Source: the human T2T-CHM13v2.0 reference genome, Homo sapiens. Taken from it: a stretch of 64,000 nucleotides of DNA. Within the stretch, counting starts at the first letter, position 1, and each line of letters begins with the position of its first letter. Both the position numbers and the translations under genes were made by a program. This document shows positions 15,544 to 28,451 of the stretch, one piece after another. The notes under the pieces are model-generated. The model worked only from the letters and a program-made list of their open reading frames with translations, was not told the DNA's origin and searched no databases. Location: the NCBI RefSeq assembly GCF_009914755.1, contig NC_060938.1, one strand, 5' to 3'.

Positions 15544-15678
<135 letters not shown>

Positions 15679-16354
15679 TGATCTTTGAGTCAAATTAGTC
15701 CACTATCTGTGTGTTTAATAAATAATTTGAAATCTTAATTTCATACTGCTACTACCTTAAAGTATTGCTTATGATCTAATATTCTCAAATTAGTACTAGA
15801 AGTGTTTTGAAGCCGTTTTAGGTTAAATTAACTGTGGGTGACTTCAACTGCTTTAACTTGTTTACAGTTGGAATGCCTCATAAAATACGGGGTTTTTTTG
15901 TTTGTTTAAATAGAAATGAGGTCTTTCTATTTTGTCCAGGTTGGTCTCAGACCCTGAGCTTCAAGTGATCCTTGAGCCTCAGCCCTCCAAAGTGCTGGGA
16001 TTACAGAAGTGAGCCAATGCACTTGGCCAAAATACAGTTCTTGATTTTCAACCCTGTTCTGGGATGAGGGTAACGGAGACAACCAGCTGTTATATGTTAA
16101 GAATGAACAGGGGTTTATAAAATGTCTGTGAATCCAGGAAAGCAAGGCAGAGGCCTGTTACTAGTTTTGGTTTTTTTCCCCCTCCACTAGCGTGTTAGGA
16201 TTATTTCTTTTTGCATTCTTATTTTTGCTATTACTTCCTGCTTGTCATCCACAGTAAGCAGCAGCAAAGCAAAGATAGCCATTTAATTTCTTCTGTCAGT
16301 ATTTCTCTTTTCTCAGGTCCTGTTTAAGTTATCCTTCATCCTCTACATCCTCAG

Positions 16355-16357
<3 letters not shown>

Positions 16358-16407
<50 letters not shown>

Positions 16408-16545
16408 ACAAAGTCTTTCCCAGACTGGAGTGTAGTGGCGCAATCTCAACTTACTGCAACCACCTCCTCCTGGGCTCAAGCGATCCTCTCGCCTCTGCCT
16501 CCCGGAATGTTTGAGATTACAGGCGTAAGCCAGTGTGCCCAGCCT
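16358..16545 (-). mobile_element. Alu monomer whose tail is a (CA)24 microsatellite
   Basis: (TG)24 at 16358-16406 abuts the Alu 3' end; TSD ATCCTCAGTTCT (16347-16358, 16546-16557). Confidence 0.85.
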
Positions 16546-17561
16546 ATCCTCAGTTCTTAGTGGTACTGTTTGTATTGCTTCTGTTTTCTTTGCCCTTCTC
16601 TGGTGTCTGTTCTTTTCTGCCATGAGTGTTTCTGTCCTCAAGATAAAATATCAAAAAAAAAAAAAAGTTTCAATGAAGAGATTTTAAAAAATCTTGCTTA
16701 ATCCCAGTAAGAGAGAAAATAAAGGTCTAAAAGCCATCAGTTACCCAAATCATTTCCTTTGTTTTACTGATGTATTTACAGTTATGCAGTGTGGTTTACA
16801 CATTTGAAAACACTGTCAGTAAAATATCTTCTTAATAAACTCTAGGACCTTACCACTTAGAATGTAGTCTCTAAACTAGCAGCATTGACATCACCTGTTT
16901 TTTTAGAAATACAGACTCTCAGGTCCTACTAACTTTTGAGAAGCACTTTTCTGGGAAAATTTCATATTTTTTTGTCTCCTTAGGATATTGTTAAAATGAG
17001 TGTGTTAATAGATCTTATTGAGATGTTAAAATGGAAGAGTTATTCAGTGTCAGTACCTTTTCTCACTCAATTTTTATGTGTAACTATGATGAAGACCTTA
17101 ATACTTTTTGTCTACACCCTGTTAATTTTAGGAGGTAAGAAAAAGTTTGGCAGGTGGGTAAGATGACAGAAAAAAAATTTTTTTTATCGTGATTCTCTCC
17201 TCAGGGAGTAATAATAACAACTTGTATTTGTATAGCCGTTTTCCATTTATAGTGTGTGGTTTCTATATATTTGATCTATGCGAGCACTCTGTAGTAAGGA
17301 GAGATGCTAGTTTCTTCTTTTTCCAGAGGAGGAAACAAGTTCAGAGATACTGTGTTACTGTCAAGACTTGATCCAGGTCTTAGGACCCTAAATTGTATAC
17401 TATCTCTACTTTTTATACCCACTTAAAGTGAGTATTTCCCTATGGAGATCTTTTATTGTTAAGGAATTATTGTAGCCAAATTATGTTATTTACTAAAATG
17501 TAAAAACATTTTTTATAAATCTCTTATCTTTGAATTGTTGAGCTTTTCATTTTATTTCTAG

Positions 17562-17714
<153 letters not shown>

Positions 17715-18948
17715 TAAGAATACCTTCTTGACTCTCCTTCTACCTTGATATCACAACTCTTGGCCTGATATTTAACAGCATAGCATCCATGTATAAAATA
17801 CTTGCCAAATTTAGATTAAAATATTTTGTATTGGCCAGTAAATGGGCCAATCCTATATGGTCAAGTCTGTGTAGTTTTATGTATCATAGTTATGTAGATT
17901 CATAAACCATATGGTTTATCTCACACATTTTCCTTTCCTAGTTATTGTCCTAAGTGGCTATGGGACTAAAGAGCATGTCTCACCAAAAACTATAACCTCT
18001 TGTTTTCTCTACCTCTTTTGACTCTCCTTTGACTTTCAGCCCACACCACTTTAGCCAGTCTTCCATGTAGCCTTAGCCTGGGCCTTACTATCACCGGGAT
18101 TTGCTCTGCCACTAAAATCTTTAATTCACACTTTCTGTTCTTTTGCCCCTGCCTCCTATTCATCTAGCTCCCAGTTGGTCCTATTATTTGTCATCTTAAT
18201 TCTGTATGTTAGGATCTGATTCCAAACCTTTTTTCTCCCTGTCTTTTCGCCATTTCCTGCCTTTTCTCTCTTATCCAACATAGGCACACCATGATACATC
18301 ATTTTAACGACTTTGTTGCCATTATTGTGAGCTTTTGCCTTGTTTTTCCTTCCATCCATCCAGCCTTGGATCAATGTTCCTGCCTTCTCTGTACTTGTAG
18401 ACTGCTGGGTGCTACTAGGAAAAATCAGTCTTGCAGGTTGGTCCACTGCATATTCATGGTCTCCAGCCTCAGCTGTTCCACATTCTCTCTGCTCCTGGTC
18501 AGTTCTTCAGTAGTGGCTATTTTAGAGCTTTTCCACGTTCTTCCTCAGAAAACCACTCTATCCCTGCTCCCTGCCTCTTGGCTGGTATGCTCACTACCTA
18601 TTTTATTTTATAAAGAAAATAGAAACCATTGCACAAGAACTACTTTTCCACTGTCTCAACAAACTTACATATCTCTGTCCCACCTGTCATTTCTTCCTAT
18701 GCTGCTGTCACTGGAATTTGTGTCCTAATTGCTCTCAAACTAGTCTTGCCACCTATGCCCAGCTGCTGCTCAGAGATCTCTATTAGTTACTTTTTCTCTT
18801 GGGTCACCTTTCCCTTTATTGCTTTTACTCCATCAGCATAAAAATATCTCTAGTTTCTTCCATTTATACTATAAAACCCACTTCTCAACTTTTCCTTTAC
18901 TTTCTCTTGGAGCAAACACTGCGTCCTCTGCTTTTAACAGCCACACTT

Positions 18949-19262
18949 GGCTATGTGTGGTAGCTCATGCCTGTAATCCCAGCACTATGTAAGGCTGAGG
19001 TGGGAGGATTGCTTGAGGCCAGGAGTTGGAGACCATCCTGGGCAGCATAGCAAGACTGCCATCTCTAAAAAAAAAAAAAATTAAAAGTAGCCAGGTGTGG
19101 TAGCATTTGCCTGTAGTAGTCCCAGCAACTTGGGAGGCTGAGGCAGGAGGATCACTTGAGTCCAGTGGTTTGAGGTTTCTGTGAGCTGTGATTTGTGATT
19201 GCACCACTGCACTCTAGTCTGGATGACAGAGTGAGACCTTGTCTCTTAAAAAAAAAAAAAAA
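18949..19262 (+). mobile_element. AluJ-like
   Basis: Diverged Alu dimer with A-tail. Confidence 0.85.
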
Positions 19263-20652
19263 GCCAGACTCTTTCAGTTCTCTATACTTGCTGTCTCTTT
19301 ACCTCCCACTCCTTCCTAAATGTTAAGAGTTAGAGGGGGGAAAAAAGAGAATGAGTAGGACCCAAGACCATTAAGAGTCCCCCAGAAAGCCAACTCATCT
19401 GGGGTTCCAAATCCCTTCAAGTTTATTCTCATGTGACTTTTTTTTTTTTTTTTTTTTTTTGGTATATCACGTGGTAGAAAAGGTGGGAATAGTAATAATG
19501 ATAACTAACATTTATATAATTCTAACAACAACCTGTGGTATAAATGCTATTATTATCCTTTTCTTACAGTTGAAGAAACTGAAGCTGAGATTAAATAATT
19601 TGTTCAAGGTCACACAGCTAACAAATCATAGAGCCAGGCAGTATTCAAACGCGTGCATTCTGGCTCCATCCAGAGTTTGCACTATTAGCCATTAAACACA
19701 ACTTTATATTTCTGTCCTGCAGTCCTCAGTACATTTCTTAACTTGTCTCAACTGTCATCATCTGGCTTCTTTAGTTACCTCTTTAACTTCTAGTTCCAGC
19801 AACCCCTTGTTACCACTAAACCTTGGCGTGTGTTATTCCCTTTTCCTTAGCACTCTTTTCTTGCTTCATTCATGTAGGGACTGTCCAGATTTAACTAATG
19901 CTAGTTCTTTGCATTTTTCTTTTAATTACATAAAATTTCTGACATAGTTGGAAACAATGTTTTACCTTTCCAGACCTATTTTCCTCACTTATCAGTGATA
20001 ACCACTATTCTGAAATTATGTATCAATATCATTTGTTTTTATTGTTTTACTACATATGTGTCTATTATCATTTTTTATTTAAAATGTAACCTATTGTATC
20101 TTTTTGTAGCTTGCATTTTTACATATAAGCCTATTATTAAGCAGGATTCCCCCACAATGATAGATGTATACTTGATCCATATTAATCTCTATATAGTATT
20201 TCATTGTGAGAATATGCTTTATCTGTTCCTCTATTAAGAGTTGTTTAGGTAATTTTCCCTTCTGTGCCATTTGTCAAACAGGGCTGTGATGAATAGTGTA
20301 TGTGTCTCTATATGTAGTTGTTTGAGAGTTTCTAATATATATGCCTAGGAGTGGAATTGTTGGGTCATAGGATTGATTATATATCTTTAAACTGACTTGG
20401 TTTCACCAAATCCTTGCCACAATTTGGTATATATCTGATTTTTTCTCCTTTTTCTAGTCTAATGAATTCACAGTAGTATCTTTTGATTTGCATACTCCTG
20501 ATTGTTGGAGAGGTCAACAGTTTTTCATGTTTCTTAACCATTTGTATTTCTTCTGTGAAACATCTGTTCACCTCATTTGCCCATTTTCTGTTTATCATCT
20601 TGTTTCTTATACATTTATGTTGGTTGTCTTCTCGTTACTTTATGTTAGCTGA

Positions 20653-21042
<390 letters not shown>

Positions 21043-21781
21043 TCTTTTTTTCTTTTTAATAGAGATGGAGGTCTTGCTATGTTGCCTAGACTGGTCTATG
21101 AACTCCTGGTCTCCAGTGATCCCCCTGCCTCAGCCTCCCAAAGTGCTGGGATTACAGGCATGAGTCACTGGTGCCCAGCCTTATGTATCATAACTTTTTT
21201 ACAATAGTTCTACCTTTACTTTTTACAGTGCTACTCCTCTTTTAGTCTTTATTTCATATTTTCATTTGCTCACTCATTCAACAAACATGCCAGTTAATAA
21301 GACCCTGGTCCCTGTCCTGTGGCACTTAGGAGGGTCAGATGAAATGCTACTTTTTGCATGAAGCCCTTCCTGACCTCATTAACTGGAAGTAATACCTTTC
21401 TGTCCTGATGCCCACAGATGTACTGTTACATTTAAAAGTTTTTCCATGTTTTTTTTTTCTATTCAAGATAGATTATAAACTCCTTGAGGCAGGGACAGCT
21501 AATTGCATGGAAGTAATCAATTATAGTAGAATATCAGATGTGTTAGGCATTAAATTGCTTGTTTTAGTCAGATCACTAAAATTTTGATTTCACTAATAAT
21601 CAGTTGGGGTGTAAGTGCAAAGCTAAGATTTGAATTCTAATTGTGACACTAAAGCCTTAACTATTATATGCATTAACTATTATATGCTTAACTATTATAT
21701 GCATTGTTCCATAGTGTTTGGTTTCACATTTATCAGTAATATAACCTTGACCTTTTGTTATTTATTTATGTTTTTGACCAG

Positions 21782-21888
21782 AGACCCATCTATTTTGGAT
21801 AGTTTAGATTTGAATGAAGATGAACGGGAAGTACTCATTAATAATATTAATAGGCGCTTGACCCCACAGGCTGTCAAAATTCGAGCAG
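21782..21888 (+). CDS. EIF2S1: eIF2-alpha exon 5
   Basis: [35 protein letters not shown]|gtaaat; 107 nt. Confidence 0.97.
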
Positions 21889-22699
21889 GTAAATGATTTT
21901 TTAAATGATTTTTACAGTATTTTGCATGCATCAAAAAAGCTATTAAATAATGAGACTTACCAAAGAATATGTTGCTACATCAACATCTATAAATTTTTCT
22001 AAATGGTTGTTTTTTATAACAAAAGCTTAAGAAATTATTTTGGCTTCTGAATCATAAAATTTATATATTGACACAAGTAGAAACAGTCTTGTGAGTTCAG
22101 CTAACCTAAAGGTAGCCCTTTTTTTAAAAAGAGGGGTTTGATTGTTTTGTTTTAGTGCATACTTTAAAATATTCCAAATTTTTACAAAGATGAGACATAC
22201 CATGCGGAATTTTCTCCAACTAGCCTTTTCCACCCAGTGTATCATAGGTACCCTTCCATTGCAGAACATAGGAATCTTTCTCATTCTTTTTTATGCTGGG
22301 TAATGTTTCATAGAACAGATAAACCTTAACATAAACCCGTCCCCTCCTGATGAACATTTAGGTTGTGCCAGTTTTCTCACAGTTACAAAAAAATGCTACA
22401 AATTAGCACCCTTATATTATACATACTTAACCATTTACACAAATGTTCTTCAAGACAAATTCCTAAAAGTAGAATTTCTGAGTCAAAGGGTAATGCAATT
22501 TCTAAACCGTTTTAGATAAGTTGCAGTTATTGTTATATTCCATCTTTACCACACTCCTCCTTGCCTCCCTTTTATAAATAAGGAACTGCAGTATAGAGAG
22601 GTTGGATTCAGTATAAGTATTTGAATACTAATATATCTGCCACGTGTTTGATTTCCTTTAAACTTTTAAATATTTTTTGCATTTTTTATCAACTTTTGA

Positions 22700-22897
<198 letters not shown>

Positions 22898-23380
22898 TAA
22901 TCACATTTCATAACAAAAGTGGGTTTTTTACTCTTAAAATTGAGCAGTGGTTCTTGGTAATATTTCTAGATGTTTGTGATTTATGTTTAGGCTTTGTTGG
23001 TTTCTACTGTTACTATCACAGTGGATGGAGATTCCTATTGGTAGAAAGCCAGCGATGCCAAACCTCCTTTACAATAAAGAGTTGCTGTGCCCAAAATACT
23101 GAGAGCACTTTAAAAAAGAGTAACACTTTCTTCTATCTGTACACATACAAGTTTTATGAGGTTTGATCAGAATCTTTCATTAGTGATAAAATTAACTGGA
23201 TGGCTGTAACTCAGAAGGATTCTTCCATCAGTTTAGTTCAGAGACAAATTATCCATTATACTGATGATAATTGCAGTTAGTTTAGCCACCAAAGATACAC
23301 GGAAATGATAATTCTTTCTATTCAGTATCGCAGTGAACTGTTTATACTATTGCATTAGATCCCTGTGTTGATTTGCTTTT

Positions 23381-23487
23381 GCTACATTAACAAATCACCC
23401 CAAAACGTAATTGCCAATTCTGTAGGACCCTAAATTACTGTCCTGTAGAATTGGCAATTACGTTTTGGGGTGATTTGTTAATACAGC
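23381..23487. repeat. Near-perfect inverted repeat (43-bp stem, 11-nt loop)
   Basis: 23386-23421 is the exact reverse complement of 23447-23482; AGGAC/GTCCT closes the loop. Confidence 0.95.
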
Positions 23488-23569
23488 AGATTAATAAAAT
23501 CTCAAGCATCCTAATAGTTGTGGGTTCTGTAGGTACATTCATAAATGAATTTTTGTCTTTCTCTTTTAG

Positions 23570-23776
<207 letters not shown>

Positions 23777-24009
23777 TAAATAAGAGCTGTCGGCCTTGGA
23801 ATGTCATATTGTAGGATGGTCATTCAGGCCTTTGATCACTAATGGTGTTAGGGTCACCCCCCGTCCCCAGCCAGGGGGAAGGGAATAAACAATATAAATG
23901 AGAAGTTTTTTTATGGTTTGAATTTGCATGTGGCATGTCTAAAATTTGATCTCAGAATTGGAGAAAAAAAAAGTTGTCTCCTGTCTTTTCCTTGTCCAAC
24001 AAGAAAGAA

Positions 24010-24051
24010 GTGTGTGTACGTGCGTGCGTGCGTGTGTGTGTGTGTGTGTGT
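24010..24051 (+). repeat. Compound (GT)n/(GTGC)n alternating purine-pyrimidine tract
   Basis: Direct read; Z-DNA-prone composition. Confidence 0.9.
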
Positions 24052-24395
24052 TATGGTTCCTTCTATGGAAAGGACTAGTAAGCTAGTAAGTAGTAGTTTG
24101 AGCCTGGAAGACAGGTTTTTTTAACAGGATATCTATTTGTGGTCTTGAAAGATACAGCCATTGGGGTTATTTCATGTTTTCAGTTTTAGCTTATAAAAAT
24201 GACAGAAAATAATTTTCCATTTTAATACATACATCCTTTTTCTATACTATTCTCATAAGTTTCACCTCTTATTTATGTAATGGAATTTATTGCTGATAAG
24301 TCACTCAAAAGTGAACAGATATGACAGAGTTGTTAGAAAAGTGTTAAAGAGAGAAAACATTAGGCAGTAATAGTATTGAAATTAAATTTGTATAG

Positions 24396-24563
<168 letters not shown>

Positions 24564-26433
24564 CTTTGTGGGAAACAGAGTCCAATTTAAGGAACACAGA
24601 GCAGCGCTTCCTGGCTGTAAATCCTAGACTTGAAAGTTTTCCAGTATTGAAAACTTCAAAGCTGAATATTTTTTATTTCTAAGTATTTAAATGTTCTAAC
24701 AGATCAGAACATGAAATGCCCTCCTAAATGTCAGCTGTTGTCACACAGTAGCTCCAACACTTTGAGCATTTTTAAGGGAGTGGCCTCATTTCACTAGAGA
24801 CAAATCTTTAAGAATAGTTCTAAAATTGGGCTTGTGATTTCCATTTCTGATGTCTCCAGATTGGCACCCCTTTCTAGTTCAATGCCTCACGAGATTTGCC
24901 AGGGGCATCCAAGGCAAACAATCCCAATCTTTCTATATAAAATGTATTCAAGCAAACATCAAATAAATTTCTGGGATATTTAACTATAGGCTTCTTCCTT
25001 CTTGTCACCAGTTAAAAGCATTTTAATACTAAGACCCTAATTCTTTTATCTTTATTTTAGTCTTGATGTGGAACTGTAGGAGCAGGTGAATAAAGGATCT
25101 CTATAACAGATCCTTTCAAAAGAAGAGTTTTAGAGAAAATAAATTTAACTTTAACCACAGTGAAAGTTGACCCTTAGCGGGACAAAGCCTTAAAATGCAT
25201 TGAAAGAATTAGATCGGTTCTGTGCCTTTTATCTATTTGAGATTGATGACAACCTGTGTGAGAGAATTTATCACACCACGTCCTTATTGGAATAATAAGC
25301 TACTTGCCTTGAGTTTATAATTCAGGGTGGTAAAGTATGTTTTTAAATTTTAAAAAGCAGCTGCATTTTTTATTTAGTTGGAATATCACCCAATTTTTTA
25401 TTTTTATTGCTATTAAAATATCCACTAGATGCCACCTAGAGCTCCAGTTCTTTATAACAAAACAGGGATCTGTTTGAACACTTACTGTTGTTTTTTTTTT
25501 TTTACATGTTTCCATCATTTCTGTCTTTAAGAACTAATTCGTACATAATAAGTTTCATAGGTAACACATTATTTGAAGTTACAGCTACAGTAGTCAGGTG
25601 TAGAAAATCTTGAGTTGCTTTGGTCTGCTTGTCTTCATAAATTTATTCTCTTATGATACTTGAGGTACCAGTTGTATTTAATTTTATTCATTATCCCTAG
25701 ATAGCTATTAAGATACTTAGATTAGACCTAACCCACCATAGTCAATCCAAGACTAGACTACTCAATATTAAAGGGTCTGGAAAATAGAAGAGTGTGTTGG
25801 GCAGGTAGTTTGTACCATTTATGAAGGTTTGTTCCTTTGTTAAATTTAGCAGCCTGTACTAGCTTTTGAAATCCAGAAGTTTTAACTTCCAGTGGCTGGT
25901 TTCTGAGAGAGTGCCATGATTGCTAGCCAGCATTCCATATTGGGAATATGTAGAGGAGAACCTGGATGTACTTAAGAGTGGCATATAATTTTCACTTCTG
26001 TCTGTTGAGGCATCAAAAAAACAAGTTTAGAAAGCTGGCAACATGAAGAATGCATTCAAAATATAACAGGTGCTTCTTTGTTGTACGCAGAGGAATTTTT
26101 TCTTTTGATTTTGTTTACTGAAATTTGTTATACTTCAAAAGCCATAACTTGAAAAATACTGGTGGCGTCGATGGTGAGTGATTTTTATCCCACGTGGGCC
26201 TTTTGCTCAGTTCCATGGCAATTTTGTAAATTGACCCTAGCCAGAGAATAGATCAGTATTTCACTGATACCACGAGGAAAAGAACAAACAAAACTTAAAA
26301 GTATTCATACACCTTGCTAACCTAAAAGACAGCAGGGACAAGATACATATGAGGACAAGGTATACACCCAGTTCTGAATAACTTGAAGAACAGGCTTGGC
26401 AAAGAAGTAAGTTTATCCAAATCTTGAATTTCT

Positions 26434-26579
26434 GCCAGGCATGGTAGCTCATGCCTGTAACCCTGGCACTTAAGGGGCCAAGGCAGGAGGATCACTTGAG
26501 GCCAGTGAGCTGTGATCACTCCAGTGCACTCGAGCCTGGGTGACAGGGCAAGACCCTGTCTCAAAAAAAAAAAAAAAAA
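26434..26579 (+). mobile_element. Monomer-length, internally deleted Alu (FRAM/FAM-like) in the EIF2S1 3' UTR
   Basis: Alu 5' end fused to a right-arm 3' end, A-tail, TSD AAATCTTGAAT. Confidence 0.8.
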
Positions 26580-26774
26580 CCAAAAATCTTGAATCTCCCA
26601 TCAAAGCCTTTTCATTAAAAATACAATTTCATCTACTCCCTACTGTACCTTTCACTGATGTCAAGTGGCTATCAATTCATATAGCTGAAAATTAGTGATA
26701 GTTTGGGTCTCATTTATGCATAAATTAATTGAAAATCAGTAATGGCCAGGAAGAAATATGAATATTCAAACCAC

Positions 26775-26900
26775 TTTTTTCTTTTTTTTTTTTTTTTTTT
26801 GGCAAATGGTGTTATATTGCCTGGGCAGGTCTCGAAATCCTGGGCTCAAGCTATCCTCCTGCCTCTGCCTCTGTAAGAGTGTGAGCCACCATGCCCCACC
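26775..26900 (-). pseudogene. BC200 (BCYRN1)-like retrocopy / FLAM-C-type monomer, antisense in the EIF2S1 3' UTR
   Basis: Minus strand carries GGAGGATAGCTTGAG, GAGACCTGCC and GGCAATATA, positions I recall as diagnostic of BC200 versus generic FLAM-C; A-tail; near-TSD CAAACCAC/TTTTT. Confidence 0.7.
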
Positions 26901-27616
26901 CAAACCATTTTTCATATCAGTTATAGCAAAACAAGACAAACCAGTTCTTAATAATGTTCAAAGTTGGACCCATAGAGACATGCTAAGCACTACATCATGC
27001 TAAGAAGAACAGTTATTACTCAGCTGCCATACTTCAGCCATTCTACTTTTACACCAAGAACAAAATGGCTAGAGATTTTTTTAAAAATACAAATGCCAGT
27101 ACCTTGCCGAGACTTGTTCACTGATTTGCCCCAACCCCAAGGTAATGGTCATCTACTTTGCAACCTATGGAGATCCTGATAGCTCCCATACAAAGTGAGG
27201 TACACTGTTGCCAATTTGGAGGCAGGAAGCCATCAAACTAAACGTAGTTTAATTCAGATGAACACCTATCGATATTCAAAAGGCAAAACAAAAAAACTAA
27301 TTCCAGGGACATTAGACCTTGGTGAAATGCCAAATGGAAAATGGTGCTTTAAAAGGTAGTCTCTTACCATATAAGGAATAAGTAAAACATTAGCTTGTGA
27401 TTTCTCATTATTCAGGTCAATGTTTTAGACACGACTAACAAGGGACAGTTCAAACTATTAAAGAGAACAAATTTTTACTTAAGCACTTTGAGGTATCCAC
27501 TCCCCTTAAATGTAAGTTATGTATTTTATCTGTTGATTAAGGGGAGGTCCAAGCATTTGTACTTGGCAGGAATGCTGGCAATAGCTTGTGCCAGATTACT
27601 GTATAAACTTGAAAGT

Positions 27617-27622
27617 AATAAA
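27617..27622 (+). terminator. Distal poly(A) signal of EIF2S1
   Basis: AATAAA with upstream TGTA (27600-27603) and downstream T/GT-rich sequence. Confidence 0.65.
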
Positions 27623-28121
27623 AATGTTCTTTAAAAGTATTGTATGATACAGACTTTTCACTACAGATTAACCTTCCAACTGGTGAAGTTTCTTGGTACC
27701 TATTTGTCTCAGCTTATATTCATTTTAAAACCAAAATTTAATGCCTTGATATAAATCTTCCCCATTTACATCTTTTTCTGTCCTTTAGAGCGCTCTTACT
27801 CTGCATTGCTAAATGCCCATTTTTCATAGAAAAGCTATGTAATGTATTTTTCGTATACGTGATTATGTTCTCCGACAGAGTCCATGACTTCTGTAATGTA
27901 TAATATTTATGCAGGCTTGTTTTCTAAAGCAAAACAATATTCTCAATGTACAAAGTTTGGCCACCATCCCCACTTTAAGATGAACTATGTCTTAATGACA
28001 GAGATACTTGAAACGTTGCTCGAAAACTATAAACTTTGTATGGGATTCTAATAGCTAGAAACAAATTGTCAGCTTTTACTAATTCCAAAGAAGTTAAGAG
28101 AGAACCTCATAAGAAGAGAGT

Positions 28122-28127
28122 TTTATT
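28122..28127 (-). terminator. PLEK2 poly(A) signal
   Basis: TTTATT on + = AATAAA on -, about 325 nt after the PLEK2 stop codon. Confidence 0.75.
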
Positions 28128-28451
28128 CAACATTATGGCATGGCCAGTGTAATTGTTCCAACAAAGGGAACCTACTTTGGTGCCCGAGGAAATGGCTGTT
28201 TGTGATGCTGGGGAAAAGTCAAGATGCTGACGCCTAATGGCTGTTCTAGCCTTTCCAGGTTTGTAACATGAAGATGGGGAAGGAAATGGCACCACTGCTG
28301 TTTGTAATCTGAGGAACTCTTGGCAGCATTCACTCTCCAAAGCAGTACAAAACTTACAAAGAAGTCAAAAGTCTTAACACTCCCATTCTCCAGGAACTCT
28401 TGTCTGTGTCATCTGGTAGGAGGGAGGAATCCTGGTTCCCTCAGGTCCTTG

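Larger units (their letters stand above)
24564..27640 (+). other. EIF2S1: EIF2S1 3' UTR with alternative poly(A) sites (end approximate)
   Basis: AATAAA at 24962, 25089, 25138 (short forms) and 27617 (long form); short and long eIF2-alpha mRNAs are recalled from the literature. Confidence 0.7.

Noticed and set aside
18291-18728. 145-aa hydrophobic ORF in EIF2S1 intron 4
   Set aside because: Pyrimidine-rich decayed repeat-like DNA (probably L2); composition explains the Leu/Ser/Phe bias.
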